NCBI RefSeq assembly: GCF_018350175.1
Contig: NC_058368.1
Location: forward strand, 49,601,815-49,665,814
Direction of reading: 5' to 3'
DNA length: 64,000 bases
From: Felis catus
Lineage: Eukaryota
Translations under genes and position numbers: made by a program
The notes under the pieces: model-generated
Seen by the model: the letters and a program-made list of their open reading frames with translations, nothing else
What the model was told of the DNA's origin: nothing
Databases searched by the model: none
In this document: piece after piece, positions 12,626 to 23,592 of the stretch
How the letters are laid out: the number at the start of each line of letters is the position of its first letter
Numbering within the stretch: position 1 is the stretch's first letter

Positions 12626-13754
12626 TACTTAAGCTGTTCTACTAAACATTTCCCAACCACATCCCATAAACTGATGTCCTCCAACTGACTTCCAAGACTG
12701 TGCTGTAGGAAAAGATTGGAGTTAAATTCCAATGCACAGAGGTGGGATTGATGCAGAAGGTTCTGGAGACACATTGCCCCACTTTACACTGTATTCCAAC
12801 AGGCCTCATCTCTCTCTTGTTGGCAGGAAGCAGAGACAGAGGCAGAAAGAAACCTGGAATCCCTGTTAAACACATAACAGATTGCTCACATCTTTGCCTC
12901 TTCATCCTTCTCCAGAGGGCTCAATTTTTTTACTTCAGGGACTGCCTGCACATTGGGGTTTGCCCTTCCAACGGAGGCTCTTTGTCTTTCCAAGTGGCTT
13001 CCATTCACTGGCCTTGGATGTGAGAAATGCAAATGAGCATCTGCCCTGCCCTGTCCTCCTTCTGAATCTGGCATACTTGAGAACATCTTTAAACCTCAGA
13101 ATATATTTAAATCCGTGATTTCCTAAGCTAAATCAGCAGTATCCCCACTGAACACTAAGGTAAAGAGACAAAGGACTTGAGGAGATGTTTATTTCTTTAG
13201 CTTTTATTCAAATTTACAACTTGTAAGTTTTTGTAAGTGATGGATATGCCACAGTGAATCACCTTACTCTACGTTGGAATAAAGGAATCTAAATCCATTC
13301 AAGGCACCTTCTTGATTGCAAATTCAACCGAATTGTTTTTACCCATCACAATCATGGATTCTGATTTTAGAATCTTATTTAGTAGACTGCAAACAGCATT
13401 CAGCTCAGGCTTCAGATTATTAGTATGTCATAATCACCTGGCTGGATATAAAGTGACAACATTTCCTGGTAGACTTTTGCTATTTGTGTCCTATTGTTCC
13501 ATTTTGTGTTCCAATAACCATCCCAATTATCTTTGTTTTCCCAATTATCTTTTAATAAAACAATATTAGTATATTTGAATATGAAGGACTCACTGCCATC
13601 ATTTTCTAAAGTGAAAAGTAAATTCCACTGTAAGTCCTAAAGTTAAAATCAGCATCTTGGGATTCTATTACTTCAATAATTATCTTCCTTGTCCTGTCAT
13701 ACTGAATGAAAAGACACACTTTTTTAGGCATCATGCACTCAATCATTTGAGGAA

Positions 13755-13840
13755 TTTTTTTTAAGGAGGCTTCAGATCCAACATGGGGCTTGAAGTCATG
13801 GCCCTGAGATCAAGAGTCAGGCACTACCAACTGAACCACT
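13755..13840 (-). mobile_element. Short tRNA-Lys(CTT)-derived Can-SINE fragment (old subfamily)
   Basis: Reverse complement gtggttcagttggtagtgcctgactcttgatctcagggccatgacttcaagccccatgttgg resembles tRNA-Lys(CTT), followed by an A tail. 5' end missing. Confidence 0.75.
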
Positions 13841-14655
13841 CTCTTACTTGCACTGAAATAGAAGAGTAGCCCATTTTATAAGAATCATAATAGAAATACT
13901 AACAAACATATCAAAGTTCTTTGGAAACTTTTTGATGAAGAGCATAATGAAAAATTGAAAGTGGTATAGATGAGACATGGAGATTTACTTAGGTAAAATA
14001 TACAAATATACACTGCTACTTCAAGCAATCTTAACTAAATGAGTGAGATTATACACCAAGACTTTTTTTTGAAAGCTTGATGAGATATTTTAAAAAATTT
14101 AACTATAGCCCAGATGGTATAGATTATGGTATCCCATACATGGTTTCATTCAAATATGAATAAAACAAATTTTATAAAAATGTGTTGATATACACTGAAA
14201 AATTGTGGTTTTGGAAACCAAACTAACCTTCTAAGGGCAAAGGCAGGATCTTCTTTGGGGAAAAAAATCCTATTGTCAGTCCTCCTAGGAAGAAATCTAT
14301 CATAGGACAGAAATGAGAACTCGGTGGAGCTCGGATTAAAATAAGGGAATTTCATGCCCCATTATTTGGGTGTGGGAATCATTATGGTTGGGAAGTCCAA
14401 GGTCTGAAGACACCTGGAGTATCTGTGGTAGAAGGAGAAGCAAGTAGAAATGGAATGCTGGACCCAGGCAGGGGGCAGCCAGACAGGGGATCTCAACCTG
14501 TGTAACGGCTATAAATTATTCTCCATCTACACTTCCTCTCCCCATGACCCCACAACTTTGGGAGGTTAAGTAAAGTTACAGCCTGACCTCTACTGTTCAT
14601 TAGAAGATAAAGAAGAGCTTAACTTACAGTTTGGATGGGGCTTTCTAGGAGAAAG

Positions 14656-14656
14656 G

Positions 14657-14698
<42 letters not shown>
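14656..14698. repeat. (GC)5(AC)n compound alternating purine-pyrimidine tract
   Basis: ggcgcgcgcgcacacaca... read directly. Confidence 0.97.
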
Positions 14699-14701
<3 letters not shown>

Positions 14702-16410
14702 CCAAAGTGATTGCAGGATCAGGGGTTCCCCCTCAGAGGAAAAGCAGCAACAGTGACAGTTGCTTATCACTGTCCAAGCAACACTAGGCATCCATTGGGG
14801 AACTTATCAGAGAGTAAACAATTTAACTGCTATTATGACCAATTTAACCAGATAATTCAGTTTAGTCAACCTACAATTTAACCTTTATTTTCTTGTTAAG
14901 CTAGCCAATTGTTTATTTAAGTTAAACTGTATTAGCTAGCTCTTTTCTGCTTTATATAAATTCAGCCTGTGAGAATCAAGAATTGTAAAGAGGAGAAATT
15001 TCTTAGTCTTTTGCATGCTCCTCAGATTTTTAAGCCCCTCACACCTGAGCTCTTAATTCTTTCTGCTGCCATACTTTTATCATTGAGACAAATTTAGAGC
15101 AAATTGGTGAAATGACTATCTTTGAATTCCCAACAAGTCAGTGACAAAGAGAGAGGTCTGAACCCATATCCAAGGAAACTATTCTGGTTAGAATCAACTA
15201 CAAGATTAGTATTTTAAAATTTTCATAATTATTACCCCATTTTCCCTCTCAATATAAAAAAATAACAAAATAAAAATGTTCAACTTATGTCCTTATTTAA
15301 TCACCTCAAAAATCTGTTAGGAAAGAATCAGTGCTTCCTATAATTTAATCATAGTTCATTCTTATAAAATAAGGTATATATTTTGGTTTGTCTATGAACC
15401 TAATTTAGATTAGTAAAAGCTAATAACCAACACAAAAGAGAGGCAAAGATAAAATTAAGTATCTTACCTGGAATGGTTCTATATATTGGTTCTGATTATT
15501 GCATATATGTTTTATTTTATTTTTACATCTTCTAGCCTATAAAAGCTTAAAAAAATGCACATACATAATTGAATATAATGTAAACCAAAGATTTTGGTAA
15601 CAGACCTTATTGATTCTCTGCATGTACACATATGGCTTAGTCCTCAAAACATAATTATTTTAATATATATAATAGAGATTTCAAAATATAACCAAGTAAG
15701 CCATTGAAATATTGGTAAAATTATAAGAAAGGATGATTCAGTTCTGTGTATCAAAAAGTAAATAGGGTCTATTGTTTAAATGTTTGGTACAAATAAGATA
15801 AATGACAACTAACAAGCCAGGTGCGTTTAAATTTTCTTCTCTCATGTGCTGTATTTTTTCCACCTTCATTGTTTTATGTTTTCCATCTATAAGAAACAGC
15901 CATCAAATGGAGACAAGTCTCTTTAAGTTTATGTTGGATCAAGTGCATTTACAGAACTCAGTAACTAATTCCTCAGGAATAATTTGCCAGTGAATGGCAC
16001 CTACAGGCTAGAACTCTTTGTTGTTTATAGTAAAGCCTGCTACAGAATTCAAATCATCTTAAGTCTTAGCATGGCGATTATCTGTGATCTTAAGGAAAGT
16101 TCTATTTTCTTAAATCTTAACCTAAGAAAGTTAATTCCTTGTTGTTTTCCCAAACAACAATCAACGTAGACTAAATTGTGCAGTACACAAATTGAGTATG
16201 ATGCCTTGACATTTCAGAAAGTGAGAGAGCATTCCTCAGGGATAATTCAAGCATTTCTTTAGTGCATGTGGCATGCCTATAACCAGACTAAATCTCAAAG
16301 AGAAATTGTGTTTTGGTATAAATGATCACCTCAATATCTATTACATTTGTTGCAAAGTTACCCCTTTCCATTTTGTTTTTGAAACAACTTGAAATTTTTG
16401 TAACGGTTTC

Positions 16411-16830
16411 CATCATTCAACAAATAATTTTGAGAGCCTAGTATGTGACAGGCAATGTAGTCGGAGCTGAAGAAACATACCAGAAAAGGCCCCGTTCTCA
16501 TAAAGATCATATTCTACAGATAGGAAGACAGGCAGTAAACAAGTAAATAAATAAGGAAACCAATTTCAGCAGATAGTAAAAGCTATGCAGAGAAAAAATC
16601 AGTCCTGTGGCAGAGGAGAGTTGAGGGAAGTGCTTTTGGCTGGGCTGCAGAACTAAAAGCTTAATGATGAAGGTGCCGGCCATCAAACACCAAGAGAAAA
16701 AGTAGTCCAAGAAGGAGAGCAGATAGAAGGCCCAAGATAGGAACAAGTTGGTGTTGTGGAGGACAGATGGAAGAGAAATCCGCATACCCAAAACACAGTC
16801 TGAAAGCTAGGGGAAGAGATTGGAAAGTTA
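16411..16830 (-). mobile_element. L2 LINE 3' relic
   Basis: cattcaacaaata.ttt..gag.gcctagtatgtgacaggca...ttctcataaagatcatattcta...agacaggcagtaaacaagtaaat. Confidence 0.75.
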
Positions 16831-16930
16831 CTTAAATTTTGTAATCTTCAATCCCCAACTCCATTGAAATCAGAATTCCAACAGCATTGCTGTACTGGCA
16901 TGGCAGCATTTACTGAATGAAGTTGGTTAC

Positions 16931-17094
16931 TATTATGGATTGAACTGCATCCCCCCAAATTCGTTATGTTGATGCTCTAACTCCCAATGTGACTATTTGG
17001 AGACAGAAGCTTTAAGGAAGTAACTAAAATTAAATGAGTTTATATGCATAGGCCCTAATTCAATAGGACTGGTGTCCTTAAAGAAAGAGGAAGA
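16931..17094 (+). mobile_element. MaLR LTR 5' half (MLT1A/B-like), ending at a SINE
   Basis: tattatggattgaactg...ccccccaaattc..tatgttga...aatgtgactatttggaga...gccctaattcaataggactggtgtcctt..aagaggaaga. Confidence 0.8.
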
Positions 17095-17310
17095 GGGGCA
17101 CTGGTTAAGCACCCAACTTCGACTCAGGTCATGATCTCACGGTTCGTGAGTTTGAGCCCATGTCAGGCTCTGTGCTGACAGCTGAGCCTGGAGCCTGCTT
17201 CGGATTCTGTGTCTCCTCCCTCTCTCTCTGCTCCTCCCCTGTTCTCTCGCGCTCTCTCTCTCTCCTCTCTCTCTCTCTAATATTAACATTTAAAATGTTT
17301 TAAATAAAAT
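17095..17310 (+). mobile_element. Can-SINE lacking the A-box segment
   Basis: ggggcactggttaagcacc...: the usual ctgggtggctcagtc is missing. Rest of body and CT linker are normal. Confidence 0.9.
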
Positions 17311-18239
17311 TAAATGGTTGTAGGCAATCAACTTTCATGGCACCACCAAGGCCCCATGATTCAGTCATGCTGCTGATTTGTTACCAGTTATGTTCTGACC
17401 TTTGATGAAGCCTTTCTCTAAGCAACAAAGCAAATCACAAAATCAGTGAAAAACTAAACTGGACAGTCACATTTACAATAAAAAAAACACCTAAATTGAA
17501 AAGTGTAATAAAATATTAAAAATTGCATTATAATGCAACATATTAAAGTGTCTCTTTAATATATAGAAAATACAAATGTATAGGACAAACAGCAAGACTT
17601 TAAGCACTACAGGAGGAAAAGATATCACAGATATTTTAAATACAAATAGAAAAATATAGAAAAAATACAAATAGAAAAAATAGAAAAAAATATATATGGG
17701 GAATATGCTTCTCCAGGAAGTATGAAAATTAAGACGACTTTGAGAAATCATTTCATGCTGATAACAGTAGTAACAATTTTAGAACACCTGGTATCATTTT
17801 GGTAAAATAAATACACTGAATCAATGCCCATGAGATGAATTAAAACAACCCCTTTGCGAAAAACAAAATTACAACATGTAGCAGAAGCCCTGAAGATGCT
17901 TATATCATCTGAGTCATAATACTATTCCTGAGAATTTCAGTAGAAGCAAAATGGTAGAAGCATATAGAGATTCACTGCAGAATATCAGAATGATAAAATA
18001 TATAGTCACTAAAGGTTATAACATTAGGAATTTTTGAGAAAGGTAGAAATAATATAACATAATGGTTGAAAATATAAGTATTGAAATCAGATGAACGAGG
18101 ACAAGAATTGAATTCTGTCTCTGCCATGCACAAATTATGTGAACTAAATTTTTCTCACATGTAAAGTGAAAATAACAGGATTAACAGTGAACATTAATTG
18201 AACACTTACTGGGTGCTAATTAGAGTTCTAAATTTACTA

Positions 18240-18813
18240 CAGTCAACCCTCATTATTCGCGGGATTCCATATTTACAATCCTCCTATTCAATAACATTCA
18301 TTTGTAACCCCCAAATCACTAGTCCTGGTGCTTTCAAGGTTATTCAGGACAGGCACAGAGCAGCAAAAAAAAAAAAAAAAAAAAAAAGTAAAGTACCTGA
18401 AATTTCCTGCAATTTGCAGCTCCGTCAGCCTTCCTGTTCAGCTAATACAGAGGTAAGCAGAGGATAAAGAGGCAGGGGGTGTGGAATAGTGCAAGAAACT
18501 CGACCTTGGGTCCAATGGGAGAGGGACTGAGTCACAACCATAGCCACTATGTCTGACAAGTAAGTCAAAGCAAACCACTTAGATCTATACCTCATTTTTG
18601 CTTCTGTAAATGAAACAGAATCTACCAGGATGAGTTGTTTTTAGGATTTAACATTATAATCTATGTAAAAGAAGAGTGTGTGTGTGTGCACGCGCAAGCC
18701 CGTGTGTGTGTGTGTGTGTGTGTGTGTACATGTTTCCCCTAGAGATGATGGTTCAGTATTCACTCATTTAGTGTTCCCAGGATATCTAATTCCTATAAAT
18801 TATAAGAATCAGA
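18240..18813 (+). mobile_element. TcMar-Tigger MITE (MER82-like) with MIR-like internal segment
   Basis: TA|cagtcaaccctcattattcgcgggattcc...ttgtaacccccaaatca left end; tttcccctag...atggttcagtattcac...ataagaatc right end. Interrupts a minus-strand MIR (18190-18237 / 18820-18960). Confidence 0.7.
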
Positions 18814-18964
18814 TATTTGTGCACTGACTCATCTAATCTTCACACAAATCCTATGAAACACAAGTGACATAAAAACTGGAGGAAACAGCTACTTCCCCAA
18901 GTCTGCACATTGATAAAGAAAGAGGTGCAATCTCTAGAGCCTGGCACCTAAGAGCTTGAAGAAG

Positions 18965-19320
18965 GGCATGTGGAGTGGTGATCAGAAGGGGCTGCCCCAC
19001 TGGGTGCAGCTGCCTCTGTTGACCTGAGTGTGGTTTGGGGAATGGCAAAAGCAGCTGGAGACTAGAGTTAACCTCCACTGGAGTTAACTACCACTGTTCT
19101 GGCCACACTCCCAAAAATGGGGTGGAGGGGTGGGGAGGGGATCAGAAATCTCTTCTTCCTGTTTCTTTTCTTCCAACTTCCAATTGCTCTCTAGTCTTCC
19201 TATTGGCAGAACCTGTAAGCACACTAGCAAAGGAGTCTGGGAAACATAATTTTCAGAATCTCAGCCCCAGAATCGGGGGATGAGGAAGGAGTAAAAAGGT
19301 AGGTGTGGAGCTAAAACATT
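18965..19320. mobile_element. ERVL-class LTR remnant (LTR33-like)
   Basis: cttcctattggcagaacct...gcaaaggagtctgggaaa.ataattttcaga.tctcagcccc...tggagct motif series. Confidence 0.55.
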
Positions 19321-19992
19321 TATGGTTACATTTATTAGCATGAAGGCTAGAAACCAGAGCCCAAACCAAAACTTGGTGTTGCTATTCTCTTACAACATTC
19401 AACCCCAGGAAGACAAGAGTGAGGAAATGCAGAATGAGGCAAAAAGAGGTAAATCGTAGCATGTTATCAAGCTGGCCACCAGTTGGTATCAGGTGAAATT
19501 GGGTGCTCCATCCCCTGGCATTTTCTTCCAAAGAGCCTAGGAACTGCTGGGTCTCAGGAGGGAAAAAACAGTAGAACTTATGTGCTTGCTCCTCTCTGGC
19601 TTTGGTCCAATATTGGCCACATGGGCATAAACTCCCCACATTCCACATTGCCCATGCATGGTAGAAGAGCGGGTCTTGTAGAGTCTAATTCTTCAAGGGC
19701 AACAAAAACTCAGGGCAGGAGGAGGCAGGTGGATGGTGCAGGCATGACAAAAGGCACCATCAAGTTGCACTGAGATGGAATCAGTTATTTCACCAGTGGC
19801 TGAGTAGAGCTACAAATATTTGGCCATTCAGAGGCTACAGTAAAAGATGTAGCCAGAGGCTCAGAAGACAATTGAAGCCAACAGAACACAAGATGATACA
19901 GAGGAAGAGTCTGTTGTAGTCAATGACAGGAATGAGAGTTCACACAGGTGTATGCACTAAAACACCTGGGTATATCCAACATCAGGTCGGAT

Positions 19993-20124
19993 TAGAGAAT
20001 TCAAATAATTCACAATTCAAACTGGAAATTTTTGTCTAGGACAAATGACAGGCTGGACAGGGTCCTGGGACAGCTGCTATAAACCAGGACTGTCCCAGAC
20101 AAACCAAAATGTCTAATTTCTCTA
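19993..20124. mobile_element. hAT-Blackjack MITE relic (MER94-like)
   Basis: taaaccaggactgtcccagacaaacc terminal motif with ctgggaca upstream. Confidence 0.5.
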
Positions 20125-20557
20125 GGTATAGCTAGAAGAACTACAAACAAATTGAATGTTTGTCTAGATGAAGCATAGTAAGGATTTTTAAATACATATT
20201 TATTATATTTTCCTTATAAAGTTTTAAATTTTATTTAACACTAAGCTTAATTTTGAAAAATAGTCATTAGGAACATAAAATTATAGAAATAATGGGCCAT
20301 ATTTACAATATCCTATATTTACTGACATTCTTGGCCCCTTTATTAAGAACAACATAAATATCTCTTCTGGCTGTGGGTATAATTCAGGAACCATCCCTTC
20401 TTTCACCTCCTAGCTTCCACTGTATTAAATTCTAGCTATTTTTGAATCAGCTAAAGAGAAAACTAGCATCTCTGTTCAAGGCATTCCTTCTGAATGCCTT
20501 CTGAAAACATTCACTTTTTACTTTTGCTAATTAAAACTAAGCACAAAACATGTTCAG

Positions 20558-21040
20558 TGTCAAAGAAAAAAAATTATTCTGACACCCATTAAAATGGTAA
20601 GGGAGACTTTATTCAAGACTATTGCAATAGAGGAGAGAAATCAGGCTCAACTCCAAATATGATAACGACAAGTGGGGATTTATAGCCAAAGAGCAGAAGG
20701 AAGGAGTCAATGGGTGGAAAATTCCTAAGAGGAGACACAGAGAGTAGAGAGGTTTTTGCTACACCGACTTAATAGGATTCTTACTAATTTCAGGCCAGAG
20801 TGATCAGATGTCAGGGATGGAGAGTGAGAAGCTTTATCAGATATAAGGGTGATTAGAAATCAAGGGTGAAGTGATTCTCTCTAAACCTACTCTGCAGGAT
20901 TCCTGCGGACTCTGCAGGATTTCTACTAAGACTGAACTTAGCAAAAACAGACACAGAAGCCCAAGGAAGGTCAAGACCCAGTCAAGAAGAAGGCTTAGAG
21001 GAGCCTAATGAAATTTGGGTCAAGGAAAGAGACTGAGTCA
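20558..21040 (-). mobile_element. ERV1-class solo LTR (MER31/MER67-like)
   Basis: TG...CA ends. Minus strand begins tgactcagtctctttccttgacccaaatttcattaggctcctctaagcc; polyA signal (tttattc on +) at ~20608. Confidence 0.75.
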
Positions 21041-21696
21041 CTAAGAAGGTAACGAATATAGGGCAGAAACATGGAAAACCCTTCTCCCCATCTACTATGC
21101 TATGTCCTAGTATCAGCTCTCACTGACTAGGTGACCCCATCTTTATTAATATCTTTCTATCCTTGTATTTGTTTTTGTTTTTTTTAAAGGCCACAATTTG
21201 CCTTGTACATATTTATGGGAAGCTATTTCTGATATGATTTCAGGGAGTACAAATCCTTTTTAAGGAAAAGAAGAATGGGCTATGCTGGAGTGCTAATGGA
21301 TTTCAGCAGGAAGCCTATCACCCAGCATTCTGCCTGAACAGTCCTCAGCTGGACAGCACTCATGAGCCCAGATGCCAAGCTATGGACAACTGTCCCCAGG
21401 CAGCACCATCTGCTTCCATGGGAATCTCCCTAGGCATTTAGTTGGCAGCTCCAGGTTGGCCGTGAGGTCAGCCATGTGGGGAGGATGCCTCTGGGAGGCT
21501 GTCTGGCTTTTCTTAACACTTGGGAGTTCATTTCCTGTCATTTAACCAGAGTCAGCATTTGATTAGATTTTCTTTCTTTGAGGACAAAGGTAGTTGAGAT
21601 CTCCTTAGCAGGAACTTAGCAGAAAGTACAAAAGAGCTCAATTATCTCACCTAACTATTGAGGAAATCTTTTTTTTTTCCTTAGAACAGTCAAACA

Positions 21697-21920
21697 CAGT
21701 GCATCTCAAAGAGTATGTTATAAACCTCAACTCCGCACAAACTGCTCCAAGAAAAAAAGGGTCTCAGAGTCAAGTAAGTTTGAAAATACTTTACATCACA
21801 CCTCCTTAGAGATGCACCACACACATTAAATAGTAATACCCCTGAGAAGTACAGTGAAAAGCAATCACTTTAACACGGCTTAACTCGGTATTTCCCAAAC
21901 TTAGGAGAACACAGAATTTC
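21697..21920 (+). mobile_element. hAT-Charlie MITE (MER103-like)
   Basis: cagtgcatctcaaag...tgctcca.gaaaaaaagggt...gtcaagtaagtttg...ctgagaagt...tttcccaaactta. Confidence 0.7.
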
Positions 21921-22129
21921 AACTTAATTCAGCTACTTTGCAATCTGTAAATTGTGTAACTTGCTCCCAAAAAAGGGATCATCAGAATACAGCAAGTCAC
22001 CATGAATCATCAAAAGCTTGGTAGCCTCAGGGCAGATGTATGGGCTGCACAAGAGAGGACAAATGTCTTCCACAGCTTCCATCTTCTGTGGTTGTTAGAA
22101 TACGGCATATATTTTATGAGATGGGCAGA

Positions 22130-22480
22130 ATTCATTTATTCTTCTTTTCCACCATTCACCTAACGTTAACCACGCCCCTACTGGCCACAACATAGTGCCA
22201 GGTACTGGGGATACAGAAGCAATCCAAGTAACATTGCCACAGTTGATACTCCAACCAGAAAGAGGCACTTTTGAAAAGTATTCATAATGAAATGCAATGT
22301 GCGGTAGAGTCAGGATTTGCCTCTGGGTGTTTTCTTTAGAAGGTTCATTGATTAGCACACCTAATCTGGGGAATAGGTAAGGCCTCCCAGGAAGCCTCTT
22401 CCAGCCCACCGAGGCAACAGATAAATTCATCCCATGGTAATACCAGACAAAGCAAGGAGCACTGAGAACAAAGATTAAAG
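22130..22480 (-). mobile_element. L2 3' relic
   Basis: cattcatttatt...gtgccaggtactggggatacag...ggcctcccaggaag pattern. Confidence 0.55.
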
Positions 22481-23398
22481 ACAAGGAATGCATCATTAGT
22501 GCTTTTTTAGAGTCAAAACAGGAAACTCATGACAGACCACCACTGCATTTAACAACTCAACAAAATCCTGCACAATGCTAGCATAGGTATATCCGAAGGA
22601 CAGAGGCCATTTCAAATAACTTTTGTATCCCCTTAATGACACAACTGTGCCAGGCACATGAGCCACATTATGAATTTTAAACAAAGAATAACACCATATT
22701 TCACATAGGTACTAGTAATATCATAGTCACACAGTAGGCATTGGATGAATAAAAGAAACATCTCATTTTCACATATGAAGGATCATTCAGAGTTTCACCA
22801 TTTGCAAAAGTTTCTTTGTAAATATAGCCCAGATTATAAAAATTAAGAAAGTAAAAGAAAATAGTATCTGTTGAGCCTTCTATATGCCAAGCAATTTGCC
22901 AGGATCTAGACATTTATTTAATTTGTGCACTGCTCGAGGGTAGTGGCAAAGTTTACTCCAATCACTTCCCTAACCCTGGTACCTGGTGCTATGCTAGTAA
23001 AAGCAAGGTAAAAATTTGTTGAATGGAGGGAAAAGGCGATAAATGAATTCTGCCCATCACATAATTTAATCCTCAGGATAAACCCATGCAGAAGATACCA
23101 CACTCCCAAATAAATTCAGGAAAATATTGCCTTGAACTCTTCTTAAGATTGCCCAGTCTTTGAGAGACATATACTCACTGATCAATTAAGTGTTTGTAAC
23201 TTCTTCTAAACCACCTCTTAGCTAACAGTTTATTTCACATTTCTGTTCTACGTGAATGGAGCACATCTGTCTCACTTTGTCAATTGTAGTTTCAAATTTG
23301 AAGGTAACTATTTGAAATCTTGGTAAATATATGTAGAATTCTAAGTTAAGTGCATGTAGCATGCTATATTCCATAGTTAATAACGAAAATGTATCCCA

Positions 23399-23592
23399 GG
23401 GTGCCTGGGTGGCTAAATCAGTTAAGTGTCCAACTTAGGCTCAGGTCATGATCTCATGGCTCATGAGTGCAAGGCACACATTGGGCTCTGCGCTGCTGAG
23501 CCTGCTTGGGATTTTCTCTCTCCCTCTCTCTCTCTGCCCCTCCCCTTTTCACACTCCCTCTCTTTCTCTCTCAAAATAAACAAAAAGCAAAC
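23399..23592 (+). mobile_element. Can-SINE (older subfamily)
   Basis: gggtgcctgggtggct...ggctcaggtcatgatctc...gagcctgcttgggatt. TSD aaaatgtatc. Confidence 0.92.

Noticed and set aside
13755..13840. tRNA-Lys gene
   Set aside because: The 5' acceptor stem is missing, the stems are mismatched and an A tail follows; it is a SINE or tRNA-derived retrocopy.
14465..14479. CTCF-like motif caggcagggggcagc (partial matches also at ~23991 and ~59764)
   Set aside because: Mismatches at 5' core positions; cannot be supported without PWM scoring or ChIP data.
15461..15540. Minus-strand exon suggested by cttacctg donor and a T-rich acceptor
   Set aside because: The interval is very AT-rich and low-complexity; such splice-like motifs are expected by chance in 64 kb.
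22095..22496. 133-aa minus-strand ORF
   Set aside because: Overlaps an L2 relic, with no recognisable domain or exon structure.
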